A stretch of 64,000 nt of DNA from Octopus sinensis. Taxonomy: Eukaryota. The DNA lies in the NCBI RefSeq assembly GCF_006345805.1, contig NC_042997.1, positions 31,992,001 to 32,056,000 of the forward strand, written 5' to 3'. Both the position numbers and the translations under genes were made by a program. A model generated the notes under the pieces. The model was not told the origin of the DNA. It searched no databases and saw only the letters and a list, made by a program, of their open reading frames with translations. This document shows, one piece after another, positions 1 through 12,817 of this stretch (the stretch's first letter is position 1; each line of letters opens with the position of its first letter).

Positions 1-191
1 TGACTACCCTGTTTTCCTTCATAGTGCATCAAGAAATACTTCAGCACCCAAGTGTGTGATTAAAAAAAAATGGTTGAATGTGAATGTAGGAAATGAGCTA
101 CGATGATGGAATGGTCTAAAAAGAGTCTAATTGAAGCCAAGAAAGGAACTTCTATGTAGTCTACTGGCTCATTTTGGCTCAGATTCCTTAA

Positions 192-412
192 CCCTTTAGC
201 ATTTAAACCGGCCATATCCGGCCAAAAGTATTCTGCCTGTTTTATGGTCAAACTGACCAGATCTGGTCTCTCACACCAACCCTACAATATCGTTTTAAAA
301 ATTAACAGCTACCTCATCAAAATCTCATAGCTACTAGATAATGCATGATTAACTCAAAACAATGTGGATAAAAAAGGATTAACTTTGGCAGAATAATGCA
401 AACACTAAAGGG
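192..412. mobile_element. piggyBac-type MITE, family 1 (221 bp)
   Basis: TTAA on both sides (188-191, 413-416). Ends CCCTTTAG...CTAAAGGG. Related copies at 22238-22457 and, partial, ~60604-60745. Confidence 0.85.
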
Positions 413-785
413 TTAAACCTCCTGTCATCATCAAATTTAATTTCTAATGTCTCAATTCAGGACATAAAATTTGTTGTAAATGATGAAATGGTCTTAAATT
501 AAAATGCTAATTGAATCATTCGTATTTATTGGCATTTGGAAGGACATCCAGCCATAGAAACTATGCTAAATCCAACTGGAACTTGGTACAGCTCTCCAGC
601 TTACCAATTCCAGTCAAACCATCTAATCCATGCCAGCATGGAAAGCAGATGCTAGATGATGATTTAGATAACTCCTTGACATCAGTCTATTCAGGGCTGG
701 CTGGAGCTATTCAGTAAACCCTACAGAAAAATGATTGCTTTTAAGTGCCTTGTTAAAACTACATCTAAAACTGGCTGCTGTGTAA

Positions 786-1200
786 CATGAATGAATGTTC
801 GTCCTTCGGTTTCGAAGATGACCATTGACATCAATTGTGTAATTGCTGCTGTGAGACGGAGGTGGCTGGTGAGGCCAATCCGGGCAGAAGCCCCTCACAG
901 GTGGGGTAGAAGTGGGTAGGGGCTGTGCTATTGGTGCAGGTGGCTCTGGCTTTCCGCATCTGGCGTTTCTGTTCTGCTGACTGAATCCGTTCTCCTCGGC
1001 TGTCTTTGCTCCTGTGGTGATTACGCTGTGCCAGGATGAGCGGTTGGCAGCAAGTGTCTCCCAAGTCTCTGTGCCGATGGAGAAGTCTTTGAGAGAGACT
1101 TTGAGACTGTCCTTGAAGCGCTTCTTCTGCCCTCCGACTTTGCGTTTGCCCTGGCTGAGTTCACCGTAGAAGAGCTGTTTTGGAATGCGTAACATATGGA
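786..1200 (-). mobile_element. RTE-clade LINE 3' fragment
   Basis: Minus-strand peptide RIPKQLFYGELSQGKRKVGGQKKRFKDSLKVSLK...WETLAANRSSW matches the RTE/BovB ORF C-terminus. It is followed by a UTR ending in a (CATT)n tail. Confidence 0.85.
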
Positions 1201-2349
1201 TATAGTGTCTCCTGTTTTGATTGTTTGTGATGAAGTAGATGTTCAGAATAATAGTGTAATTGATGTTAAACAATACTTTCACCATTGTTTATTTTGAGGT
1301 GATTAATTTTAAATGAAAAGACCTTCCTGCTATCTTGGATTATAAGCAATTACATTCCCCATCAAATGAAATATTTCCATGTAATAATCCTAATGTTGGT
1401 GGCAGTTATTCTTTGGCTGCCAGATCTACCCTGATAGGGCAGTGAATACTAGAATTGGTTGAGCATCAGAAAAATAACTTGTGGTATTCAGTTATACTTA
1501 TGTTTTGAGTTCAAATCCAACCCAAGTCAGCTTTTCCAAAGTTGATAAAATAAGTTACAGTCAAGTTCTCAGAGTGGAGGTCAATATAATTAACTAAACC
1601 AGTGATTCCATAACTTATTTTGGTGAGGGACATTTATCTAATTCTCCAAAATCTTATAACTAGTACCTCTGTACATATTTTACAAACAACTCCTCGCTTT
1701 GCTAATTATAAATAAGACCTTAAATGAAACAAAATTGTTTTAGGGAATTTATTTACATAAAACAGAGTTCACATTTTTATATACATAAGGATATACACAT
1801 TGTACTTTTAATCTGATGTTGTTTCAATACAGTCAATGTATTGTATATTGATTTCTATATAGACAAAAAGTTCCAACCTAGCTTACTATAGCAGAAACAC
1901 CAATGTCTACCAGCTCACTAATGTCATTCTGTGTGAGCTAATCTTTTTTAAACAATCTCTAAAGGAGAAATTTCTCTGAGACAAAATCCTACCTCTAGCA
2001 CTGTTCCACATTTGTATATACATAAGGATATAGACATCATTATAATAATCTATTTTGAAAATGATGAATCTCATTTTTGTTTTTATAAAGATACATGTTA
2101 TCTCAAGAAACCCCAACATTTTTTCATGGAATCCACTTTGGAAATCACACTATGCTAAACCCTTGAGATGGTGTCCCAGTAGTCATAATCCAGTGACTGA
2201 AACTCAAAACAAACTCTCTTTTCTTTGACTATATTATCCAGTATACACTTAATCTTTCCCCACTATCCGTAATTTATAAAATTTTTAAAAAGTATTTTTG
2301 CTCTACTTCAACACATTCCATAATTATTTTTCGATGAATGTTTTTACAG

Positions 2350-2502
2350 GAAGCCAAAGCTGAAGAACAAAAGATGGCTGCTCGTTATGCCAATGATATT
2401 GAAATTTCCAAAGCTCAGAGAGATTTTGAATTGAAGAAAGCCGCGTACGATCAAGAAGTAAACTCTAAGAAAGCTATGTCCGATATGGCTTACGATCTTC
2501 AA
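2350..2502 (+). CDS. FLOT1: Flotillin-1 internal exon ([51 protein letters not shown])
   Basis: tttttacag acceptor and gtaagt donor; 153 nt, phase 0/0. Recognisable flotillin-1 coiled-coil sequence. Upstream exons lie outside the window. Confidence 0.96.
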
Positions 2503-3559
2503 GTAAGTGTCTTTTTCCCACTCAATGTTATGGGTTTGTTGCTCATCAGATATTACTGAGTTGTGCTAGTTTAAATTTACATATGTATCTCACAGATGTT
2601 ATTGAAAACAATAGTAAGAAAATCTTTTGACTAAGAACAAACAATTCTATTTCATAACGACTTGTAAGAGAAATTTTTTCATGAAATCCAATCACATGAT
2701 CTATGAATGACTTCTATTTAATCATGTACTGAGGTACTAAATTAGTCTCAGGATCAATTATGAACTAAGTAAAGAGCTTTTGCAAAGCTCCACTTTCAGC
2801 TATCGTCTCTTCACATCCATCTTTGAGGAAATAATCTTTAGAAATCAGGTCTGAATGAATATGGAAATTTGTTACAGATAACATAAAAGAACTTCAGACT
2901 AAAGAAAAGTGGGTTAGAACTTGTACAAGATGGGTAGGCTGAAAACATGAAGCTAAACATAGTCAAAATAAAGACACAAATTGATATCACAAAACATGTT
3001 AATGGAGTTAATGAAGTGACCTTGATTAATATTCAGGGGAGAAGTTAGTGAGGACTTAGTGTACTGTAGTGAGTGTAAACATCAAATATATAAAATACAA
3101 TCAAATTTTTAACAGATTGACCAGAAAAAAAAACTTCGGGCATACTACTGTAACTAACAAGAAGTAGTTTTGATGGCTTACAGGAAGTAGAGATTTTTGT
3201 TAACTAGTTAAAATATTTCATGAAGCATTTGAAGTAGTTGTAGCAGGGATTTTGGAAGATTGCCTTTTAAGTTACTTGGCAACGAAATTTACTTTGCAAC
3301 AGCAGGCATTTTAGTTGTATATGAAAAGTGTAATGTAGTATTATTGCTGTAAATGCAAGAAAACCTGCAGAACAAATTGAAAACAAATAAGAATGTGCTC
3401 AGTGTAACCAGTTTATATACACACACACACATACACACTTACCATTATATTTCACTTGAAACCTTGTAAGTCAACACCTACCCAAATAGCATAAGCAGAT
3501 CAGGAATTACAGAGGGTTGATATTCTGGGAAGGAAGAACTAGGAGTAGTGATTAGTGCA

Positions 3560-3830
3560 GGACCTGGTAGGTTAGACACAAGGATGATGAAAGGTGGAAA
3601 GGTGTGTGTGTGTGTGTGTGTAAGGAATACTGGAGTGAAGGTGGCATGAACCTAGCTGGCTCTGAGGAGCAGAAGCCATTATAGTAGCAGTAGAAAAGGT
3701 AGTGAGAAAAGGCAGCAGATTCAATAGCCAGTGGCTAGAGCATGTCTGAGTGAATTTATGCCAAGCTGTCGGGCATCCCTCCTTTGGATGTGGAGTAGGA
3801 TGCCTGTATATGCAGCAATGGTTGAAGTAT
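3560..3830 (-). mobile_element. Degraded CR1/L2-group (Daphne/Crack-like) LINE C-terminal remnant
   Basis: Frameshifted minus-strand peptides LLHIQRRDARQLG and YLFYCYYNGFCSSE resemble the LDRIQRRA...LFYRYYNG.CS.EL motif. Confidence 0.5.
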
Positions 3831-4011
3831 TTTCTGGCTCTAAAGAGCAGTCACTGGAATGTAGTTCAAGTAATATTATGGATGTTTTTTTTTTCTTTTT
3901 GCAAGAAAAGATCCATACTGATGGTGATATTCAACACACACAGACCATCACCCTCATCATTTAACATTCATATTCCAAGCTGGCATGGAATATATGGACA
4001 AATGTTCGATA

Positions 4012-4232
4012 AGTGTATTGCACTGGTGCCACATGAAAATCACTGGTGATAGTGCCACATAAAAAGCACCCACTACACTCTTTAATGTGGTTGGTATTAG
4101 GAAGGGCATCCAGCTGTAGAAACGAAGTCAAAAAACAGACTATGGAACCTAGTGCAGCCCTTGGTTTGCCAGTTCCTGTCAAGCCATCTAACCCATGCCA
4201 GCATGGAAAACAGACATCAAATGATGATAATG
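4012..4232 (+). mobile_element. Diverged RTE 3'-tail copy
   Basis: Contains the GGAAGGGCATCCAGC core and an (ATG)n-like end. Confidence 0.75.
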
Positions 4233-4691
4233 TGTCATCTTTATTATCATTTTACATTGGTTTTTCCATGTACATATAGGTTGAATGTGTTTTTTCTTTT
4301 CTAACAGTCTCACCACTTGTTACAGTCTGTCATATCCCTCATGGTGTTCATCCAACCCTATTGTAAGAGACACTTGCCTAAAATGTCACATTGGAATTGA
4401 ATCTGGGATCCTCATGATTGTGAAGCAAACATCTTAACCCAATTTGGTCAGGGTTGCATTCACATATGTGGATATGTGTGTGTACTCATTAAAAGATGAT
4501 GCTGCAATGAATTAATAAAAATTGTGTACTAAAGATTTATATTTCAGCATTATGTACAGCATAATGGCTATAAGAGTAAGGTTTTCAGTTAATGACTAAA
4601 TGGCTGTGACTTTGGAAACATAATTAAATGTATTGTGCTGTGTACCTAGGTAAGTGCTTCAGTCTGTAGTCAACCTGACTGATAGTTTCCA

Positions 4692-5000
4692 GGCACGTAA
4701 AAAGCACCATCCGTTCGTGTCCGTTGCCAGCCTCGCCTGGCCCTCGTGCCGGTGGCACATAAAAAGCACCGTCCGTTCGTGGCCGTTTGCCAGCTCTGTC
4801 TGGCACCTGTGCAGGTGGCACGTAAAAAGCACCCACTACACTCACGGAGTGGTTGGTGTTAGGAAGGGCATCCAGCCATAGAAACACTGCCAAATTTGAC
4901 TGGGCCTGATGAAGCCTTCTGGCTTCACAGACCCCCAGTAGAACCGTCCAACACATGCTAGCATGGAAAACGGACGCTAAACAATGATGATGATGATGAT
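4692..5000 (+). mobile_element. 5'-truncated RTE 3'-tail copy
   Basis: Matches the 3' UTR of the LINE at 56728-57765 and ends in (ATG)n. Confidence 0.85.
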
Positions 5001-5135
5001 ATTGTTAACAGTTGAAATTTCATCTAATTGTAAAATCAGTTACTACAACAAACAAACAAACAAAGATGACTGTATGTTAGTATGGATTGAGCGAATTTGA
5101 ATGTTGAAGTGAAACTCTGTTGTATTCCATTGTAG

Positions 5136-5317
5136 GCTGCTAAGACTAAACAAAAAATCAAAGAAGAAGACATGCAAGTAGTGGTGGTTGAAAGGACTCA
5201 ACAAATTGCTGTTCAAGAGCAGGAAATTGTTCGCCGAGAACGAGAACTTGACAGTCAAGTCCGAAAACCTGCTGAAGCTGAGAAATATAGGTTGGAGAAG
5301 ATAGCAGAAGCTAATAG
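5136..5317 (+). CDS. FLOT1: Flotillin-1 internal exon ([60 protein letters not shown]+AG)
   Basis: ttgtag acceptor and gtgaga donor; 182 nt, phase 0/2. Contains the hallmark VRKPAEAE motif. Missed by the ORF track. Confidence 0.96.
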
Positions 5318-6724
5318 GTGAGAAAACTCTAATAAATGTATTGTTCACATGGTAAACTTTAAATTAAACTGCCTGATGAGAAATTAATATTTCACATATG
5401 GTAAAATAGGTTGTTTAACATGACAAACATAGTTTGGTAAGCAGCATGGCTTGGCAGAGACGGTAAGTTCCTGACAAAGCCAAGATTGCAACCCTGTGCT
5501 CAATTTTTGGGTCTTAGCTATTTTACTTAATTCTGCTGATGGCCTTTTGGGTGGCATGGAACACTGCAACTTCCACTTATTTCATCTTAAAACTAGGAGG
5601 GCTAATCGCTCATTAACAGATAGCTCTGTTCATGGGGATTTGATAATTAACTCTATCAGTAGTATCCATCAATGTTTAACTATCTGTATTGACTTGAGCA
5701 GAAGAGAAATGGAGGCTTACAGTATTCACCCTGACAGCAGTTATTTCTCTCTGCCTCTGATATTAAATAAACCTGCAATAAGCTGTTGTTTTACACCAGA
5801 TGTCTGTCCCTGAATTGCTTAGTACTGTCAAAACATAAGGTAAGCTTCACCACTTTTTTAGTCTTCTCTCAGAAAAAGACAATGTGCACAGTATGCTGTA
5901 AACAATATGTATATAAGCTCAACTTAAACCTCAAAACAATCTTTTACTGAAAGACTTGGTATGTTTATGGACACAAAAAAGATGTCTATGTTGTGAGGTA
6001 TAATATGTAATTAAAATTATGTTGCTATTTATCAAAGCCTCGTCATTTTCTATGTTACTGAATGCTTGCAATAAAGTACTTGAACACTGCAAGTTCAAGT
6101 TTCTTCATATTCTTTCTTTAGATCCAGTTCCAAGTTTGAGTGGCTTTAGTAGACAAACTGAAAGAAGTTTATTGTGTGTGTCTAGCCACATATAGACATA
6201 TGATTGTAAATGAGCATTATCATCATATAAGTGGGGTTGTTAATTTCCAATCTTTTGTGAAAAACATGACTAGCTATGAGGAAATATCACCTTGCTTGGA
6301 AATGGGTTAGGGTTGGCAACAGTAAGGGCATCTAGCTATAAATCCTTAAATACTTAAAAATGTTTTAGCCCGAAGGCTGCGGCCATGCTGGGGCACCACC
6401 GCTAGAAAATCTGCCCTAATGAATTCCATTTGATCCATGCATGCATGGAAAAGAGGATGTTAAATAATGATGGCATCTTGTTTGAGCACATGATACTTTA
6501 TAAAAAGTCTGTACATTATGATGATACTGTGACAAATGTGACTTAATTTAGTTACATTAAAACCTTACAGCATGTGGCATTTCTTGTGTGTCCAAATATA
6601 TTTGGTCTCTCAGTCTTTCTTCTGTTCAAAGTAGTGTGCAGTTCTGTGAACAAACAGAAGGCATATACATGTGGAGTAAATTGCTAAAAGATTAAAGATT
6701 AATTAAATATATTTTGTTTCTTAG

Positions 6725-6770
6725 AAACCGGATTATTCTTGAAGCTGAAGCTAATGCTGCTGCTAAGAAG
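6725..6770 (+). CDS. FLOT1: Flotillin-1 small exon (R-NRIILEAEANAAAKK)
   Basis: tttcttag acceptor and gttggt donor; 46 nt. It completes the phase-2 codon (AG+A) and restores phase 0. Confidence 0.92.
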
Positions 6771-7976
6771 GTTGGTACCAATTCTTTGTCAAAATAGTTT
6801 GAGTGTGTGTGTACTTTTGAGAGAGACTGTGTGCATGCATGTTCCTTGATGCAGACATCTTCTTTGGAGGAATACATCCATCTTCTTTAGAGTGCTTGTA
6901 TGCTCCATTTGGTTGATTTACTGTATATTCAAAGGTTTACATCATTATAAACTATGCCACTTTTTCTTCTGAATCATTTAAATCTTCATTGTTTGAATGT
7001 AATTTGCTCATATTTAATTATATATATATATATAGTCCTACTTATGCATACATAGAAGTAATAAAAAAAATCAGATGTTAAATGATGATATATATATAAA
7101 CACACATACACAGAGGGTATCCTAAAATTAAGGCAAGCAATTTTTTTTCCATTTTGCCAAAGCAAAATATTGCTATTTTTCAGGTCTGAGCATTGCAATG
7201 ATAAAGGAAACACAATTATGACACTCTCACATTTATTCTAAATGACCACCTCTGTTTCAAATCACAGCCTTAAGTCTAGATATGCTTCACATGCAGCATG
7301 CGGCTGTTCTTGTGGAATCAAAGCCCATTCCTGGTGCAATTTTTCCTTCAGAGCATCAAGCAAAACGTCAAGTGCTCAAGACCCTTGTCTCCAAAATGAA
7401 CCAAACTGAAAAATCCAACTGGTTGAGATCAAAGCTTCTTGAGGGCCATACATCCTTGCCTATGAACAACGGAATATTTTCCTGAATCCAGTGTTGTGTC
7501 TGCTTGGAGTTGTGGGTGGTACCAAGTCCTGTTGGAGACTCCAAAGTGCACCTCGAAAGTGCCTCATTTGCCCATGGAAGCAGTTCAGTTTCCAGAATGT
7601 TGCTAATGTATCGCTGAGTGTTAATTTAAATACTCGAGAGCATAAAAACGAGGGCAGACCTTCCAGTGGCTGTCACAGCCACCCAAACCATAACTGACTG
7701 TTGATTTTAACATTGATTTATGAGTCTACCCTTGACTTAAGCCAAATATACTCCAAAGTCAGTCATTCTGGTGTTTTACTGTCTGTACGATGTCAAATTT
7801 CTTTTCAGAATTAAGTTTTTATAATGATTTATAATTTTCATATCTTATCACATTTATTGATAGCTATTAAAGCCTGAAACTTTGGTTGCTTTAATGTCAG
7901 GACGACCTGTATGTATGTATGTATATATATATGTATAAACACATATACACATATTTATAAAATGCTATTTTCTCAG

Positions 7977-8114
7977 ATGAAAGGCGAAGCTGAAGCTTAT
8001 GCTATTCAAGTGAAGGCAAAGGCTGATGCTGAACAAATGAAACACAAGGCTATTGCTTGGCAGTCATATGAGGACGCTGCTAAAACCGATATGATCCTGG
8101 AAGCTCTTCCAAAG
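7977..8114 (+). CDS. FLOT1: Flotillin-1 exon (MKGEAEAYAIQVKAKADAEQMKHKAIAWQSYEDAAKTDMILEALPK)
   Basis: ttttctcag acceptor and gtaagc donor; 138 nt, phase 0/0. Confidence 0.96.
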
Positions 8115-8430
8115 GTAAGCCACACTTAGAACTATGCTTGATGTTTAACAATGTTACTACATCACTTTAATTTATTTGTGTACAATAATTGCTTATTTAA
8201 CACTACCTTGTTTAGTACTTAGGCATTTTTTGTGTGTTTGTTTTGTTTCTTTAGTGATATTTTTTGGAGGATAACATATTATTATAATAATTCTATGCTA
8301 AAATATGATTTGCACTTGTACATACTCTCACCAACACTCAATTTGTTCACACAATTTCTTAACATCATGAATGGCAAGCAGCCTGCAACTTCAAGTACTA
8401 AATGCTCATCGTGTGTACTAAAGAAGAACA

Positions 8431-8540
8431 TTGGGTACTTGAAATTTTACACTCAGTGTGATCATCATCATCATTGTTTAAAGCAGGCGTTAAACGATGA
8501 TGATGATGATCACACTGAGGGTAAAATTTCAAGTACCCAA
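8431..8540. repeat. Intronic inverted repeat with 51-bp arms and an 8-nt loop
   Basis: 8431-8481 is the reverse complement of 8490-8540 with 2 differences. Confidence 0.95.
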
Positions 8541-9205
8541 GTAATTGGAAGCTGGCCATTGTCTGTGTATTTGGTGAAGCTTTAAACTTGGTCATATCAA
8601 TGATTGGAACAATCACGGAAATGCTAACTAGATAACCTCTGCCACAACATCCTCATTGTTATTTGCAAAAAAGTGTGTCTCATTCAAGCTGTAAATCTTT
8701 TTAAAAATAAGATATGTTTGCTATGAACAAAGAAATGCAACACAACACAACATTAATCCAATAATGAAGTTTCAGAAATAACACTAGTTTACTGAGAATG
8801 ATTTTGCCTGGAAGCTTTGCAGCAAGGCAGACAAAAGTGATCCAGACATGATATCCTAATTCAGTGAATTTATTTCTGAGAAAATATACAAAAACATGCA
8901 GAATGGCTTTAAATGTATTTTTCAAAATGGTAAAAGTCCCAGCCTGGACTTTTCATCACAGATGTTGCCACTTTTGTTGAATTTCTCTGCAGATTTTCAA
9001 CTGAATTATTGGTCAGTAGGCTTTTGTATTCCTAATTGAAACACTGATTAGTCTAACCTGTATCAGAATGTTATAACATCAGATCTTAATTAACCTTGTC
9101 TAATTTAACATTTGATTACATTGTGTGGGATTATCTAAAGTTATTAAGTGTTTAGATGGTGTGACAATGAGCCTCCAAATTTTTCCAAGTATTACTGTAA
9201 TATAT

Positions 9206-9481
9206 CACGTGATCACGTGACCGACCAGACCATCAGATGTTGTTACACATTGCTGGTCACAATGCCTTCATATGACGCCACCCCGCTGGCTAAGCGAGCA
9301 GGCCAACAGAAGAAAGAGTGGTGAAAGAGTACAGCAGGGATCACCACCCCCTGCCGGAGCCTCGTGGAGCTTTTAGGTGTTTTCGCCCAATAAACACACA
9401 CAACGCCCGTTCTGGGAATCGAAACCGCGATCCTCCGACCGCGAGTCCACTGCACTAACCACTAGGCCATTGCGCCTCCAC
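9206..9481 (-). mobile_element. tRNA-derived SINE (family C)
   Basis: tRNA-like head GGAGGCGCAATGGCCTAGTGGTTAG...GGTTTCGATTCCC. 12-bp TSD ACTGTAATATAT at 9194-9205 and 9482-9493. Confidence 0.9.
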
Positions 9482-9988
9482 ACTGTAATATATACTTATA
9501 AATAATGCTACAACCTCTCTATGGTTAAGAAGTTTGCTTTGTTCATGTTTCCAGTTTCTGTTGCTTTGTGAGACATCTTGTACTTTCTAGAATAGCCTTG
9601 AAATTTGATAAATGGAAACCCTGCAAAACTCTGCAGAAGCCCTTCAAATAAACTGTACATGCCCTTGTGTCAGGAAATTAATCTATCACTCAGTTCAACA
9701 ACATGAAACTCTTAGGTGACTTTACTGAAGTTAACAATATTGCAAACATTTGGATTCGATCTCTGGTCTGAAAATAACTTGATGTCTTGATACACTGCTT
9801 CCAACTGTACTAAACCAGTTTTGGAAGCCCTGCATAAAGTTAGAGATGCTGCTTTTCTGCTCTTGCTAGGCTAATATTTTTTATAATAAACTTAACTCTT
9901 CTTTTAGTATTGAATCTCCACATCAGCACCTTAAATTATCATAAATGAATTTCTAAAGCAAAATGTATTTTTCTCTCTTCCACTACAG

Positions 9989-10156
9989 ATTGCTGCAGAA
10001 ATTGCGGCACCATTGGCTCAGTGCCGTAAGGTAACCATGGTTTCTACTGGAAAGAGCGAAATCGGTGCAGCTAAACTGACTAACGAAGTCCTCCAGATCA
10101 TGGAGAAACTGCCACATGTTATTGAGGGATTGACAGGAGTAAATCTCATCAGTCAG
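9989..10156 (+). CDS. FLOT1: Flotillin-1 exon (IAAEIAAPLAQCRKVTMVSTGKSEIGAAKLTNEVLQIMEKLPHVIEGLTGVNLISQ)
   Basis: cactacag acceptor and gtaagt donor; 168 nt, phase 0/0. Matches the flotillin-1 C-terminal region. Confidence 0.96.
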
Positions 10157-10969
10157 GTAAGTTTTGATATTAGAAAATAAAATGATTTATTCCAATAAGA
10201 ATGAAATGACAGCCTTTCTTTTTTTGAATTTATTGTCCCTTAGACCACCATATTTTATCTTGCCCTACACCCAACTTTCTCTCGCTTTTTGTTTCTCTCT
10301 CTGTCTCCTGCCCCCACCTGTAGCTTGCCCAAACATGTTATCTCTTTTGTTTTTCCCCCACATCAACTGTATCATCATTACTGTCCTGTTGCTGCTCCCT
10401 TCTTGCATGCTGGTATCTCCTTAAGTTCAGGCACCATTGACAATTCCTACCCACCCACCCTCATCCACCCCCCAACATGACTCAATCCTTACAGACGTTG
10501 CCTACCTCTCTTCTCCCTTTTCCCCCATCTCTCCCCTTTCGCACACTCTTGCAAACCCCAACCCACTCACTTCGACTTGCCTTGTACCTTGAGGCGCCAC
10601 CCAGACATCTTACCACCACTATCTGTCTTCACAGCTACTACTGACTCATTTTTCTGTCCTAAATGTAAGTAGCCATGTAGCTCCCCTGCTCCCCTACCCA
10701 TTTCATTCATACTTTAACCTACTAGCATAGAGACCCTTGTAGGCTTGCAAGTTTCAAGGTGATCTCTCTAGTGCCAGTGACATAAGAAAAAGTGGTTGAT
10801 ATTAGGAAGGATATTCAGCCTTAGAAACCATGGCATAGCAGACAGAGTACAGTGCAGTCCCTGGACCCATCAGATCCTATCAAACCATCCAACCCATGCT
10901 AGCATGGACATTAAATGATGACAATTATTAAATTTTTTTTCGTTTTGTTATTTTAATTTCCTTTCACAG

Positions 10970-11014
10970 GTGATCACGAATGAACATCCGTCTAAGAAGT
11001 TTACTTTGCAATAA
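10970..11014 (+). CDS. FLOT1: Flotillin-1 candidate terminal exon A (VITNEHPSKKFTLQ*)
   Basis: Long pyrimidine tract ending ctttcacag; phase-0 frame ending in TAA, with AATAAA overlapping the stop. Confidence 0.6.
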   Translation: MITNEHPSKKFTLQ

Positions 11015-11326
11015 AGTAGTTCCAAGATTGGTCCCCCTGCGTGGTACTTTTGGCAAGTGATTTTTAGCCTAAACTCAGTTCTTCCTAATCCTTGACTGAA
11101 ATAGAGTAATTGGAAACTGCAGAAGCTCATCAACTGAACCATATCTGTTCCTGGCTGGCTGACCTCCACTGCCTTCTTTAACACCGGTGCCACCTGGTCC
11201 TTGAGGTCCTTTAAGTGGATTGGGTCCTGTCTGTTGCAAGCATTCAGACCATATTTAGTCTCTGACAATATCCCAATATCTTCCTCTATTACAAGTTTAG
11301 GAGCCCTGCAAAAAGTTTGAGACTGC

Positions 11327-11357
<31 letters not shown>

Positions 11358-11896
11358 TAACCATAAAATGTAATAGGGAAACAAATTATTGAAAAAAAAC
11401 CTCTACCTTCCACCTAGCTGGTCTGGTGCTTACTTATCTCCAATGTGTGGGGTTTTTTTGTGAATGAGAACACACAGTTCACTATGGAGAGGATGCTAGT
11501 CTATTTCAGAAAGTGTTGAATTCAGTTCTACTCCTCTTCAAGATATAACTTGTCAATATTCCTACTCTATAGACTGGGTTATTTTGAGCAAAGTGTTATG
11601 TCTTTATGAGCATAAATGCTAGGCTAGAAAAGGGGACAAAGTGCCTATTTCTTTGTTGGACTGTCCAGTATCATATCTATTTGGTAATAGTAGTGTTTAG
11701 CTTAGGTCAGCTGTGACCAAGTGTTCCAACCAATACATCCTGTCTTTCAGACATAATGTATTTAGAATATCTTTATCCTGTGTTCTCTAGTTGAAAATGG
11801 TAGGATGTGATATGAGGAAGATTTGGCTGCTATCTTTAGTAGGTTAAACATCCACTTAGCAGCTCTCTTACTGGCTTACCTCTTTTGTTTGAATAG

Positions 11897-11920
11897 GTAA
11901 CATCATTGAGACTGAACTGA
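11897..11920 (+). CDS. FLOT1: Flotillin-1 candidate terminal exon B (VTSLRLN*)
   Basis: cctcttttgtttgaatag acceptor followed by a short phase-0 frame. Weak evidence. Confidence 0.25.
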   Translation, partial: VTSLRLN

Positions 11921-12244
11921 AATATACGTGACTGATTGTTTTAAAGTTTAATTCCCAGCTTATACCAGAACGGATGGGTTCCCTTCTTGTCATAATCGAC
12001 ACATTATGTTGAATCCAAAAATTGTGTCTGACATAGTCTGCAGTATAGTTATGTGTATTTTCCATTTAACATGTGCTTTTTTCCTGCATGTTGTGTGGAA
12101 TAACTTAGTGTTAATATCAGGAAGGGCATCTGGTTCTAAAAACAGTGCTCAAAAAGTCTTGTCCAACCCATGCTGGCATGGAAAAACTGACATAATCATG
12201 ATGGTGATAGGTCAGCTTAGAAATAAGACTGGTTGTATGAGTGG

Positions 12245-12361
12245 GTTTTTGTTCTGTTTTTCGGGGGGGGGGGAGTTTTTTGTTCTGTTTTTCGGGGGGG
12301 GGGGAGTTGTTTGTTCTGTTTTTCGGGGGGGGGGGAGTTTTTGGTTCTGTTTTTGGGGGAG
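12245..12361. repeat. ~31-bp minisatellite TTTTTGTTCTGTTTTTC(G)nAG, ~4 units
   Basis: Directly visible tandem units, three carrying G-runs of about 11 nt. Confidence 0.9.
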
Positions 12362-12646
12362 TTTTTTTGTTCTTTTTATATTGGCTTAAAATTTTGGGGT
12401 CCTTCTCTTTATTTTACACAACTAAGTTTTAGATCAAACAACTTCCATTTCTTGTACTAACAACATAAATATTATGTATCAATCTTATGTATATATATGT
12501 CTCAAATCTTGTGCATGCGTGTGTGTGTGCGTGTGTGTGTGTGTGTGTGTGTGCGTGTGTGCATGCATGTGTGCCAATCTTCTGGATCTATGTTTCATGC
12601 TCTTCTTTATGTATATGCTTGTCAATCTTTTGTGTATATTTGTTAG

Positions 12647-12689
<43 letters not shown>

Positions 12690-12817
12690 CAGGGTGTCCC
12701 CAAAAAATGTATACACATAGTGGTTCGGCAAAAGAGAACGATAGAATAAGTACTAGGCTTACAAAGAATAACAAATTTACAATTATTTAAGGTGTGTATA
12801 CATTTTTTTGGGACACC

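Noticed and set aside
5373-5395. CTGATGA followed by a GAAAT/ATTTC hairpin
   Set aside because: No GAAA core or stem III follows; a chance match.
9400-9481. tRNA-like sequence (also at 24820-24895, 48982, 52149)
   Set aside because: These are SINE heads followed by SINE bodies, most with TSDs. I found no complete cloverleaf.
10948-11364. 138-aa minus-strand ORF overlapping flotillin terminal exon A
   Set aside because: It starts in a (GA)n repeat, has no recognisable domain and no splice context.
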